NCBI GenBank assembly: GCA_002347035.1
Contig: DEAM01000027.1
Coordinates: 23,881 to 87,880, forward strand
DNA: 64,000 nucleotides
DNA from: Gemmatimonadales bacterium UBA2982
GTDB lineage: Bacteria > Gemmatimonadota > Gemmatimonadetes > Longimicrobiales > Gaopeijiaceae
Direction of reading: 5' to 3'
Of the stretch, positions 43,172-52,529 are shown one piece after another; the stretch's first letter is position 1; the number at the start of each line of letters is the position of its first letter. The notes beneath the pieces were generated by a model. That model searched no databases, was not told the origin of the DNA, and saw only the letters and a program-made list of their open reading frames with translations. The position numbers and the translations under genes are program-made.

Positions 43172-44539
43172 TTGAAGCCCCTAACGATCTTAGGACGTTG
43201 TTCGCCACTGCTAGTACTCTCTGCCTGTGCTACTTCCACACCCCAGCCAGTTATTTCACCAACCGGTATCGTCTATGAACTTGGGACACCCCCGGTCGAG
43301 ACGCGTAACTCGCAGACAGCCACCTTATTCCTACGACAGAATCGTGTGGACCGCGCCCTAGAACTTGCGCTTGAAGGAATCCAAGAAGACAGCACTAACT
43401 CGATTCACTACTTCTTAGCAGGTGTTGCTCACGCGCGACTCCGCCACTATGCCAGCTCAGACTCCATGTTCAGGATAGCTCAACGGATATATCCAGCGTA
43501 CGAGCTAGAGATCGAACCCGAACGAGAAGCCGCCTGGGGATCTGCCTTTAACCAGGGCCTTGAAGCATACGAGAACGGGGACGTTGAAGGTGCAATAATG
43601 GTCTGGAATACGGCCACCGGCATCTACGACCTACGACCTGAAGTCCACCGTAATCTAGCAGGATTACTTACAGTCGAGGGACAATACCCTGAGGCTATTG
43701 ACGTCTACGAAAAGGCCTTATTCGGATTAAGAAAGGTGCCGGTCACACGCCTTTTGGGAAGCGACGAACTCACTACACGCAAGCAAGTTAAAACTGAACT
43801 TGAGGAAGCACTCGCACAGCTGCTTCTTCTTACAGATCAGTTCGCGGAAGCCGAGCCACTGCTGAGGCGCCGACTAGAACGGAATCCAGACAACCCCCAA
43901 GTCCGATCAGACTTGGCTGCAGCACTGAATGGATTAGGACGAAATGCGGAAGCAGGGGCGATATACGGAGCGCTCCTTTCAGAAGAATCACTCGAAACAG
44001 CCCAAGTCTTTAATCTGGGGGTCGGGCTCTTTCGATCTGGAGACTATGCTCGGGCGACCGACGCATTTCGGAGACTCACTGACCTGCAACCAAACTCGCG
44101 TGATGCGTGGTTTAACTTAGCTAATTCACTCTTCGCGGGAGAATTTTGGGAACAACTCATAGAAAGTGGTGAAAGGTTGCTTGAGTTTGACCCACTAGGA
44201 GAAAACACGGGGTTAATCGTCGCGAGGGCACACCTAGAGATGGAGGACCGCGAAGGGGCCCTGAAATTCCTAGAACAGACTGAGCAGTTACCGGTCTTTG
44301 TTGATCAACTTCAAATGCAAAGTTCGGGCGGTGTCACAACCGTTGTTGGTCGGCTGATCGGTAATACTAGCGAACCTGAGACCCCAATTACCTTGCAGTT
44401 CTTCTTTTATGACGACGCTGGCGCCCTAGTCGGCTCACCGATACAAATCCTGGAAACCCCTCCGACAGGTGAGGGCACGCAATTCCAAGTTCAGCACTTG
44501 AACAGAGCATCGGCTTATCGGTACGAGCTCGTCAACTGA
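43172..44539 (+). CDS. TPR-repeat lipoprotein
   Basis: Lipobox LLVLSAC. Multiple 34-residue TPR-like repeats and a beta-rich C-terminal domain of about 90 aa. TTG start 8 nt after the tonB stop. Confidence 0.8.
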   Translation: MKPLTILGRCSPLLVLSACATSTPQPVISPTGIVYELGTPPVETRNSQTATLFLRQNRVDRALELALEGIQEDSTNSIHYFLAGVAHARLRHYASSDSMFRIAQRIYPAYELEIEPEREAAWGSAFNQGLEAYENGDVEGAIMVWNTATGIYDLRPEVHRNLAGLLTVEGQYPEAIDVYEKALFGLRKVPVTRLLGSDELTTRKQVKTELEEALAQLLLLTDQFAEAEPLLRRRLERNPDNPQVRSDLAAALNGLGRNAEAGAIYGALLSEESLETAQVFNLGVGLFRSGDYARATDAFRRLTDLQPNSRDAWFNLANSLFAGEFWEQLIESGERLLEFDPLGENTGLIVARAHLEMEDREGALKFLEQTEQLPVFVDQLQMQSSGGVTTVVGRLIGNTSEPETPITLQFFFYDDAGALVGSPIQILETPPTGEGTQFQVQHLNRASAYRYELVN

Positions 44540-44603
44540 TCGATTAGCTGATCTGGGATTGGCTATTCCAAAAGAAGCTAGTGAGGATAACTAGGGGAAA
44601 GAG

Positions 44604-44636
44604 AATCGGGCCCGGGGCATTGCCCCGGGCCCGATT
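44604..44636. terminator. bidirectional terminator hairpin
   Basis: Perfect 15-bp stem AATCGGGCCCGGGGC / GCCCCGGGCCCGATT with loop ATT, between convergent stops at 44539 (+) and 44663 (-). Confidence 0.7.
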
Positions 44637-44662
44637 AACAGGCTCCTCAAATTGAGGTACCC

Positions 44663-46315
44663 TTAGTTTAACCCAATTATCTTCGGGGCCTGAGCACCTC
44701 CACCAGGCCACTCATTCACACAACCGCTCGCGCGCGCATCCAAACCACCTGCTGCTATGAAGTAGGGATTTGCCTGATACTCGCTGCCCGCGAACAACTG
44801 ACGCACACCACCGGCATAAGAATAACCTTGGAATGGTGTTGCACCCTGGGCCCTGGGGAACCAAGAGATGTCAGCATTTTGAATCTTGGTTGACCAGTAA
44901 CGGCCGCCCTCGGCAAAGAACTCTCGCTTACGCTCTTCATGAAGCACAAACCGTAGCTCTTCTGCCGTATCGAGGGACGTCGCATACGCACCAGTGATAT
45001 TCTGCAAGCTAGAACCATCACGCACCGCATTGATACGGGTAATGACGTTGGCAAGGTTGCCTTGCTCCAACTCGTTCTTAGCAATGATGAGCTGAAGTTC
45101 CTGCCAGCTCATATAAGGAATATCGTCATCCAGACCGCTATACCTATCCGGCACGTCCTCAGGAGTTGGACCCTGAATCGGCTGCTGGTGGTGCGTAATC
45201 CGTGTGTCGTGGGTTCCCGCAAATCCGGAGATTAAAACTGGATCACCTGACCCATCCCGGTCTTCCGCAGCGTATACGACCGGACCTAAATCAGACCCCC
45301 AGGTTAACGAGTTGAGTGTCTGACCTTCGGTTCCAATACCGAGGAAGAGGTAGCCCGTGAAGGGAATAGGGTTTGGCCAGGCTCCTGCATAAGTAGAGCT
45401 CTGCGGATAGGACGGGTTTGCTAACCGGATGGATGGATCCCACCAATCAACCCTTCCCTGCATAGCAGAGAAACCCACTTCCGTCGCGTTGTGCCAAATC
45501 TTGTTACGCCTCGTCGCGCCAGCTTCACGCGTGATCCAATGAACAAAATCTGGATCAGCAGCAAGAACTGCGCTGGCGTCACTTGCCGCACCCGCAAAGT
45601 CACGCTGGGCCCAACGGATCCGTGCCCGGATAGCCTTCGCTGCATTGGCCGCACTCGGCGCCGCTGAGTTTGGTAGTGCGAAGTCTGACCCCGTGTGCGC
45701 GATCCCTCTATCAATCCACTGCGAGGCAAGGCCCATCGTCTGAGTGGGCGTCATCATGTCGCTTCCATCGAAAGCGTTCTCACATAGGAACTCACCTAAA
45801 TGAGCAATTGACATCGCCATATAGATGGCACCGATCCCCTGAAGTCGGGGCTCCAGAGTGCCTAGGTCCCAGTCATTTGCGATCCGGTCATACACGCCAC
45901 GCCCTTGGCCTGTGGCGGTGCTAACTAAAAGCGCTGGATCAGTACTGATCATCGCTCTAGCACCCATGATCTGGTCAAACCAAGAGTCACTCGTCGAACT
46001 GCCGTCACATGAGCCCGTATCAGGCGTATGGTCGTAGACGTGCCCACCGCCGTAAACACCCGCAATGGACTCCATGGTGTCCTCACCACCTAAGGCCATA
46101 AGGCCGAAGGCAGTATAGCCACACTCGAAGAGCGCAACAGCTGACATTACCTGCAACTCAGCTGTGCCCGATCCTTCAATTGCAGCATCCGTGAGCAAGT
46201 GAGGCAGCTCAACCTCTAGCAAGTCGTCGCACGCTGTCAACGCGCCGAGCGACACGCCGAGGATAAGGGCTTGAACGCCCCTCCTGCCCCAGCTTCTGAG
46301 ATTTATCTGTCGCAT
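44663..46315 (-). CDS. RagB/SusD-family outer-membrane lipoprotein
   Basis: Lipobox LGALTAC. Size 550 aa. Sits 13 nt downstream of the SusC-like gene. C-terminal EERKREFFAEGGRYW resembles the SusD ERRxELxFEGxRxxD motif. Confidence 0.75.
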   Translation of the reverse strand: MRQINLRSWGRRGVQALILGVSLGALTACDDLLEVELPHLLTDAAIEGSGTAELQVMSAVALFECGYTAFGLMALGGEDTMESIAGVYGGGHVYDHTPDTGSCDGSSTSDSWFDQIMGARAMISTDPALLVSTATGQGRGVYDRIANDWDLGTLEPRLQGIGAIYMAMSIAHLGEFLCENAFDGSDMMTPTQTMGLASQWIDRGIAHTGSDFALPNSAAPSAANAAKAIRARIRWAQRDFAGAASDASAVLAADPDFVHWITREAGATRRNKIWHNATEVGFSAMQGRVDWWDPSIRLANPSYPQSSTYAGAWPNPIPFTGYLFLGIGTEGQTLNSLTWGSDLGPVVYAAEDRDGSGDPVLISGFAGTHDTRITHHQQPIQGPTPEDVPDRYSGLDDDIPYMSWQELQLIIAKNELEQGNLANVITRINAVRDGSSLQNITGAYATSLDTAEELRFVLHEERKREFFAEGGRYWSTKIQNADISWFPRAQGATPFQGYSYAGGVRQLFAGSEYQANPYFIAAGGLDARASGCVNEWPGGGAQAPKIIGLN

Positions 46316-46328
46316 AAGTAGTTATCCT

Positions 46329-49300
46329 TTAGAACGTGACACGCAGAGTAGCGTTTAGGCTCGCGAGAGGCGGCGTCTCCCAATAGTTACTGCGGCCGCC
46401 TTCCAAGCCGGCCCCACCTGCGACCCGGCCGTACTCAGGGTCGGACACGTGAGCACCGTACACCCACTCCTGTGCACGCCAGAGCGTGAACAGATTCCGT
46501 GCGGAAACGGCTAACGAGGCGCGCGAAGCACCCGTAGCTGCAATCCACTCTGAAGGAATGTTGTAGCGCATGCCGAGCTCACGAAGCTTCCAGAAGGACG
46601 CGTCAAAGAAAGTCTTCGTCCTGGTAAATGAACCACCCGGGTTGACCTTGTCGCTGTACGTCCAGATTGGGTCGTTCTCGAGCCTGGAGTTCTTCGAGTT
46701 GTTATACACGTGACCCCACTGCATACCATTCTCAGTATGGGTCTTGCCATGCATGCCCTCAGCCAACGCAAAAAGTTGAAGCTGGTTATCAAGTAGGCTC
46801 AAACGTGGAGCGATGCTGAACGTGTTCGTGAAGAAAGCACGCGCGTGCATGATGTTCCGGTTGGGGACCGTTCCACATAGAACCTCAGGACCACCTGGCA
46901 GGTAGCCGTAACGGTTATTGACCTCAAGCTGATCCTGCGTCAGGCCAGTCTGATCTAATTGACCTGTAGTCAGGTCATAGCTGCCGTGCGGACCCTGGAA
47001 CAAACCAGCGTCGCACCACCCAGCAATCGGCACACCGAAAGCATTGTTCTGATCAGCGTCGGGGTGATTGAACTCCGCGCGCGTCACGATGTCACCTTCG
47101 GTGTGATTCGGGTATGGCCAACCGATACGAATGTTCGCATCGGAAGTATTGTAATCGCCGAGATCCACGATCTTGTTGTTCGTGTAGTCGGCAGAAACAT
47201 CGAGATCCAATGCCATCCCGCCGCCTTCCCAAACCCGGGTGCTCATCTGTGCTTCCCAGCCCCAGTTATCGATATCGCCGAGGTTTGATGCGACTGAACC
47301 CGGGAACCCGAAGCTGTCGAAAAGCGGGATGCTTAGCAGAGCGTCACGGTCCTGACGCTGGTACATCGTGAACTCACCAGAGATACGGTCATCGAAAAGT
47401 GCAATGTCCGCACCCACTTCGAGCTCCGTTGAGACTTCTGGCCCGATCAATGGGTTACCGGGACTCGAAGGCCTCACGGCCGCTTGCCCTCCAGGACCCG
47501 TCATCGCCACGTAGATGTTCGAACCAGCTGTGGCCGAAGGTTGACGTCCTGCCTTACCCCAGGCACCACGTAACCGAAGTGAATTGACGGGGCCAACGTT
47601 CCAGAAGCTCTCCTCGGAAATTACCCATGTACCTGAGAATTTCGGGTACTTCTGAGCAGGGGCATCGACACCGAACGTTGAGTTGTCATCGAAGCGCAGG
47701 GCACCTGTCAGGAACAGGCGATCCTGATAGCCGATTTCTTCCTGGATATAGAAACCAAGCGATTTATTCTCGACGAAGGAGTAGTCCGTACTCACCGTCG
47801 ACTGCGACAGCTGGTTGATCGTCGTCGATAATGTCGACGCGAAGCCCGTTCCGTCGTTAGCAAAATAGTCACTTGTGTCACTGTAGTACTGAGCACCGAC
47901 TGCGGTGTTGAAGGAAAACGCGTCAGCCACGTCCATGCCGATCGTTGCTGCGTAGTCGAAGCTCATGTTCCCTTGAATCGGCCGCTCGTAGAACATCTGG
48001 CCGTCAACCGTCTCTGAATAGACGGCCGCCCAGCTGGTTGCATAGTCCGTCAGGTTTGAAGGCACCTGGCCGTCCTCGAGCGGGAACATCTGACGATCCA
48101 CATCCCAAGCCTTGTCGACGCCGACGACCGCACGTTGCGTGATCGTGGTCGGGATTCCAGCCAAATCGAGCTCGCCCGACGTATAGTTCAGTGTGGCTGA
48201 GCCAGTGAAACGCGAGTAGTCGCGCGTGGCCTCGACCTCACCAACGTCTGAAGGCAGGTGCTCCTGGAAGCCGCCTAGTCGCACGTTGCTGGTACCAGGC
48301 CCGCTCCCATCGAATGCATTCACACGGTCTAGATAATGGCCGTTGGACCAAAGTAGATCCTGCCACACACCACCATCGGAGCGGGTCGGACCCATAAACC
48401 GGGTATATCCGTCTACATAACCCGTCGAAACGTCTAGTGAGAAATTATCGTTGAAGACGATACCGACGTTACCACGCAGGCGGAAAGTTTCATCATGGTT
48501 GTACCAGATGATGCCTTCCTCGTTCTCATAGTTACCTGAGAGGAAGTAGCGAACGGCCTGCGAGCCACCACGGACATCGAGGTTATAGGACTGAGTGTGT
48601 CCTTCTCGGTACAAACGTTCTGTCGGCCACGGGAAGTAGCCATCACTGATGTACCGGTTCGCCTCATCATACATATTGTAGCTAACAAGGTCTGACTCAT
48701 TCTGACAGTCCGTTGGGCCTGGGCCTGGATCGGACGGGCACGTCCACATACCGCCAAGGCGACCCGCGGGATCCGTCATCCAGTTCTGACCCTGGCGCAC
48801 CGAAAGGTTGAACTCCGGCGCACCCTCATTGCCCCTCTTCGTGATAATCTGGATCACGCCGGCAGAAGCTTCCGTACCGTAGAGGCTAGCAGCCGCCGGA
48901 CCCTTGATGATCTCAATACTCTCGATGTCTTCGGGGTTGAAGTCATCGATGACGTTTACGTTGTCACCACCACCGAGGTTCGGGCCAGCTTCTGAGTCGT
49001 TGTTTACACGGACTCCGTCCACGTAAACTAGCGGCTGGTTCCGGCTGAAGTTGAAGCTGCCAACACCCCGAATCGTCATTGGGGAGCCAGTACCAACATT
49101 ACCGCTCAGGCGTGTGAACTGCAGACCCGGAGTACGCCCGCTGATCAGATCCTGCATGTTCGTGATCGCGACGTCCTGGGTAATGTCACCCACGTCGACA
49201 GTCGCCACTGTGTTGCCCAGCGCGCGACGCTGCGTACCACCTGGCGTTCCCGTAATGATGATCTCGTCGAGCTGCAGGGCTTCTTCAGTGATCTGGAAAT

Positions 49301-49616
49301 CCAGAGCGACTGTTTCACCAGAGGCGACGGTCACAGTTTGTGTAGCCTCGCGGTAACCGATTCGCTGCACCGTCAATGTATGCGACCCTGCAGGCACGTT
49401 AAGCAGCAAATATGAACCGTTCTGCTGACTTAAGACGCCAATATCCAGGTTAGCAATAAAGACCTGGGCAGCCGCGATTGATTGACCTGTTTGGCCATCA
49501 GTTACCCGACCAGTCACAGAACCGGTCTGAGCCACGAGGCCGGGTGCGCTGATCAACGTTGCCGCTGCCAGAACCCCCAAAACTCGTGCGAAGCGCGAAC
49601 AGATGTAGTTCCCCAT
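46329..49616 (-). CDS. SusC/RagA-family TonB-linked outer-membrane transporter
   Basis: CarboxypepD_reg module (GRVTDGQTGQSIAAAQVFI) and Plug (MTIRGVGSF, PLVYVDGVRV, DIESIEIIKGPAAASLYGTEASAGVIQIITKRG). Large barrel ending in F. ATG 49616 is preceded by GGGAGGGAGG. The ORF track extends to 49670. Confidence 0.9.
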   Translation of the reverse strand: MGNYICSRFARVLGVLAAATLISAPGLVAQTGSVTGRVTDGQTGQSIAAAQVFIANLDIGVLSQQNGSYLLLNVPAGSHTLTVQRIGYREATQTVTVASGETVALDFQITEEALQLDEIIITGTPGGTQRRALGNTVATVDVGDITQDVAITNMQDLISGRTPGLQFTRLSGNVGTGSPMTIRGVGSFNFSRNQPLVYVDGVRVNNDSEAGPNLGGGDNVNVIDDFNPEDIESIEIIKGPAAASLYGTEASAGVIQIITKRGNEGAPEFNLSVRQGQNWMTDPAGRLGGMWTCPSDPGPGPTDCQNESDLVSYNMYDEANRYISDGYFPWPTERLYREGHTQSYNLDVRGGSQAVRYFLSGNYENEEGIIWYNHDETFRLRGNVGIVFNDNFSLDVSTGYVDGYTRFMGPTRSDGGVWQDLLWSNGHYLDRVNAFDGSGPGTSNVRLGGFQEHLPSDVGEVEATRDYSRFTGSATLNYTSGELDLAGIPTTITQRAVVGVDKAWDVDRQMFPLEDGQVPSNLTDYATSWAAVYSETVDGQMFYERPIQGNMSFDYAATIGMDVADAFSFNTAVGAQYYSDTSDYFANDGTGFASTLSTTINQLSQSTVSTDYSFVENKSLGFYIQEEIGYQDRLFLTGALRFDDNSTFGVDAPAQKYPKFSGTWVISEESFWNVGPVNSLRLRGAWGKAGRQPSATAGSNIYVAMTGPGGQAAVRPSSPGNPLIGPEVSTELEVGADIALFDDRISGEFTMYQRQDRDALLSIPLFDSFGFPGSVASNLGDIDNWGWEAQMSTRVWEGGGMALDLDVSADYTNNKIVDLGDYNTSDANIRIGWPYPNHTEGDIVTRAEFNHPDADQNNAFGVPIAGWCDAGLFQGPHGSYDLTTGQLDQTGLTQDQLEVNNRYGYLPGGPEVLCGTVPNRNIMHARAFFTNTFSIAPRLSLLDNQLQLFALAEGMHGKTHTENGMQWGHVYNNSKNSRLENDPIWTYSDKVNPGGSFTRTKTFFDASFWKLRELGMRYNIPSEWIAATGASRASLAVSARNLFTLWRAQEWVYGAHVSDPEYGRVAGGAGLEGGRSNYWETPPLASLNATLRVTF

Positions 49617-49842
49617 CTGCCTCCCTCCCGTTGGTGGATAGGCCGAAGACAAAAAGTCCGCCATCCCCATAACTGCCGGAGACCGCTTACCAGTTGTCCT
49701 CAGATAAAAACCTTATTGTTACGCCGACGATACATGCCGATACCCTGCGGCGCAAGTGTTTTCATGGGTTATCCGCGACTCATAAATTACCACCTTTACG
49801 AGGGGTATAGTCGCGGGCAAAACCTCACAGAAGAGATCGATT

Positions 49843-51948
49843 CTAGGGCAGCTTGAACACGTACAAAGCATTCCCATGGTTAGGGTGGCGAACCTGAGGC
49901 GTCACGGCTCGCGGGACGCCCCGAGGGCTACCACCACCTATTCCCGAAGTGACAGCGATGTACTGATCATCGCCTACACTAAATGAAACCGGGAAGCCCT
50001 GCACCGATGTCCCCAACCTCGTCTGCCACAAGACCTCTCCCGTATAAACATCATGAGCTCGGAAGTAGCGGTTCAGATCACCTGCAAAAACAATTTCTCC
50101 CCCTGTCGTCAGTGCAGCGGTCAGGAAGGAGGCAGGCTGCTCAAAGCTCCAAAGCTCTTCCATCGTGTCGATATCGTAGGCAGCCAGCTTTCCAAGGTTA
50201 CCGTTGGTTCCCGGCATTTCATGGAAGGTTCGGTTTGCTCCGGTCCCCCCAGACATGCGCTCAAGCGCAATCTCACGACCTGAAATCCCAAGGCAACTCT
50301 GGCTGAGTGGTATCACGAGTGCATTCGCCTCGGGACTAAAGCCCATAGCTGGCCAATTGTGACCACCCGCTGTACTTGGGCACACCTGCACCCAGTCACC
50401 AATCCCTGCATCTTGGATGTCCTGACGGTAAGTGACTTCACCTGTGTTAGGGTCGATTTCGTCAAAGACGTTCTGGTATACTGTCTCCTTATAACCGAAA
50501 AACTCACCGGTGGCCCGGTCCAGCTTCCAAAGAATTCCATGCTTTCCTATGGAGAACACAAATTTCCCATCACCACTATCGATCAAGACACGCTCGAATA
50601 CCTCATCGAGATCTAGAGCCTCTGCCGGAACATGCTGCTTATACCAAACTATGCGGCCATCATCGGGATCTAGTGCGAGCGTTGAGTTAGTGTAAAGAGC
50701 GGCCTCATTCGTCGTCAGGCCGCGACTTGCCGGAACCCATGGTTTCGCCTGGGCCGTACCCCAGTAAATGAGATCCAACTCAGGATCGTAGCTTCCTGTA
50801 ATCCAAGCATCCCCTCCTCCGCGTAACTCAAGAGGTAGGTCACCCCAAGTATCACCACCCGGCTCACCAGGCCTGGCAATGGTGTAGGTGCGCCAAAGTT
50901 CTTCCCCTGTTTCGGCATCATGCGCAGTGATGAAGCACGAGTCTTCATGAAACCGCGTGCATCCGTTGATACCATTAATCACCTTGCCCCTTGCAATCAG
51001 AGGGCCTGCAACATTCGTAAAACCGATTTCGTGGTCTGCAACCTCTGTTTCCCACACGACGTCTCCGGTCCTGGCATCGAGCGCAACCATCCAGGCGTCC
51101 TTAGTAGGCACAAAGATCTTGTCGTTGTAGATCGCGATCGAGCGAAGCTGCGAAAATCCAGCACGGAAGCCTTCTGGGAACTCGCGCCGGTACTCCCACA
51201 TCAACTCTCCAGTTTCAGCGTCTAACGCCTGGATCGTGTTCATGGGGTTCGTCATATACAGCACCCCGTCATGAACAAGAGGGGTAGGCTGGCTAGTACC
51301 GGGATCCAATGACCAAACCCAGGCGAGACGGAGGTCATCCACGTTACCGCGATCTATCTGGTCAAGAGGGCTGTAACCCTGTCCATCCAGTGTCCGACGG
51401 TACATCAACCAGTCGCCAGGATCTGGATTTGTAAGCTCGGCAGTAGTTACTGGCTCAAAATCAGCTACTGGAGTGATCGTCTCCGTACCTCCTCCACCAC
51501 TCCCGAAACCGCCCGGACCCGAACCATCGACAGCACCAATATCAACCGGCACGCCTGTAGCACCATCCATGAGGCCAGTCGAATTATATGCGAGCGCCTG
51601 GTCACTTGACGGGATCCCGTTACGTGAGAGGATGTAAGCCGCAATGTTCGTGTATACACCTTCGCCAAGGGTGCCCTCTTCGTCCGGAGGCATGAAAGCC
51701 ACCATCTCAATCAGCTCATTGACTGGCCGACCACTCCAAAAATTCCTGAAGTTGGGGCCAGCCAGTTCCGGTGCTTCGAAAGAACCACCCATGTCCTCCT
51801 GGTGGCACTCGGCGCAATTCCGATTGTACGCAGCACCCCCATTTGCCGCCTGAGCTTCTAAATAGGTGACCTGCTCCTGTGTGACACCACCATCGGGCGT
51901 GACCGCTAAAATTCCAACAGCGACGAGTGCAAAGGGACGGACCTTCAT
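49843..51948 (-). CDS. PQQ-dependent dehydrogenase (8-bladed propeller) with N-terminal cytochrome c domain
   Basis: Signal peptide and haem-c motif CAECH with distal Met (AFMPPDE). Seven or more W-docking repeats ([78 protein letters not shown]). Confidence 0.85.
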   Translation of the reverse strand: MKVRPFALVAVGILAVTPDGGVTQEQVTYLEAQAANGGAAYNRNCAECHQEDMGGSFEAPELAGPNFRNFWSGRPVNELIEMVAFMPPDEEGTLGEGVYTNIAAYILSRNGIPSSDQALAYNSTGLMDGATGVPVDIGAVDGSGPGGFGSGGGGTETITPVADFEPVTTAELTNPDPGDWLMYRRTLDGQGYSPLDQIDRGNVDDLRLAWVWSLDPGTSQPTPLVHDGVLYMTNPMNTIQALDAETGELMWEYRREFPEGFRAGFSQLRSIAIYNDKIFVPTKDAWMVALDARTGDVVWETEVADHEIGFTNVAGPLIARGKVINGINGCTRFHEDSCFITAHDAETGEELWRTYTIARPGEPGGDTWGDLPLELRGGGDAWITGSYDPELDLIYWGTAQAKPWVPASRGLTTNEAALYTNSTLALDPDDGRIVWYKQHVPAEALDLDEVFERVLIDSGDGKFVFSIGKHGILWKLDRATGEFFGYKETVYQNVFDEIDPNTGEVTYRQDIQDAGIGDWVQVCPSTAGGHNWPAMGFSPEANALVIPLSQSCLGISGREIALERMSGGTGANRTFHEMPGTNGNLGKLAAYDIDTMEELWSFEQPASFLTAALTTGGEIVFAGDLNRYFRAHDVYTGEVLWQTRLGTSVQGFPVSFSVGDDQYIAVTSGIGGGSPRGVPRAVTPQVRHPNHGNALYVFKLP

Positions 51949-52150
51949 CTGGGATCACTCCTCCGAACTGACGGTCTTGTTTCCAGGGAATAGGGGGTGT
52001 ACCTGCGCTTCGCGCGAGTGTGAAGCCCACATCACGAATGGATGATGGAGCCTGATGGGCTTGAGCAGGGCTGACATGGGCCATATTTGACCCTCGGCTT
52101 CAGCCCCCCCCTCTGCCCTAGTTCCTCATTCAAGTGCGGATCTTTTCGCA

Positions 52151-52223
52151 TGGTCGCTGCAGGACTTGAACCTGCGACCCCCACGATGTGAACGTGGTGC
52201 TCTACCAGCTGAGCTAAGCGACC
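52151..52223 (-). tRNA. tRNA-Val (anticodon CAC)
   Basis: Reverse complement folds as GGTCGCT-TA-GCTC-AGCTGGTA-GAGC-A-CCACG-TTCACAT-CGTGG-GGGTC-GCAGG-TTCAAGT-CCTGC-AGCGACC-A. 73 nt, CCA not encoded. Confidence 0.9.
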
Positions 52224-52285
52224 TATACCGTGCCGCGACGACGTGTGCGAGGCCCTGGGCTTACACACTGGACCTCGCACTTTAA

Positions 52286-52358
52286 TACCCCCACGGGGAC
52301 TCGAACCCCGGTCTTCGCCGTGAGAGGGCGATATCCTAGGCCACTAGACGATGGGGGC
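52286..52358 (-). tRNA. tRNA-Glu (anticodon CTC)
   Basis: Reverse complement folds as GCCCCCA-TC-GTCT-AGTGGCCTA-GGAT-A-TCGCC-CTCTCAC-GGCGA-AGAC-CGGGG-TTCGAGT-CCCCG-TGGGGGT-A. The D-arm is typical of bacterial tRNA-Glu. G1-U72 wobble. Confidence 0.85.
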
Positions 52359-52529
52359 GTCACCGTTCTCATACGGCGAAGGGCCCAAATGTGTAAGATC
52401 GCATGTGACGAGCGTCAAGCCTCTTCGGAGCATTGAATTTGAATGCGTTCAGGTGGGGCATCATAGCTCTCCTCTTCGATCAGCGACTAGCCAAACCAGT
52501 TCGTCTATCTAACTTGTGCACATGGGTTT

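Noticed and set aside
52032-52280. 82-aa ORF in the track
   Set aside because: It overlaps tRNA-Val completely and runs into the tRNA spacer. The region is explained by the tRNA genes.
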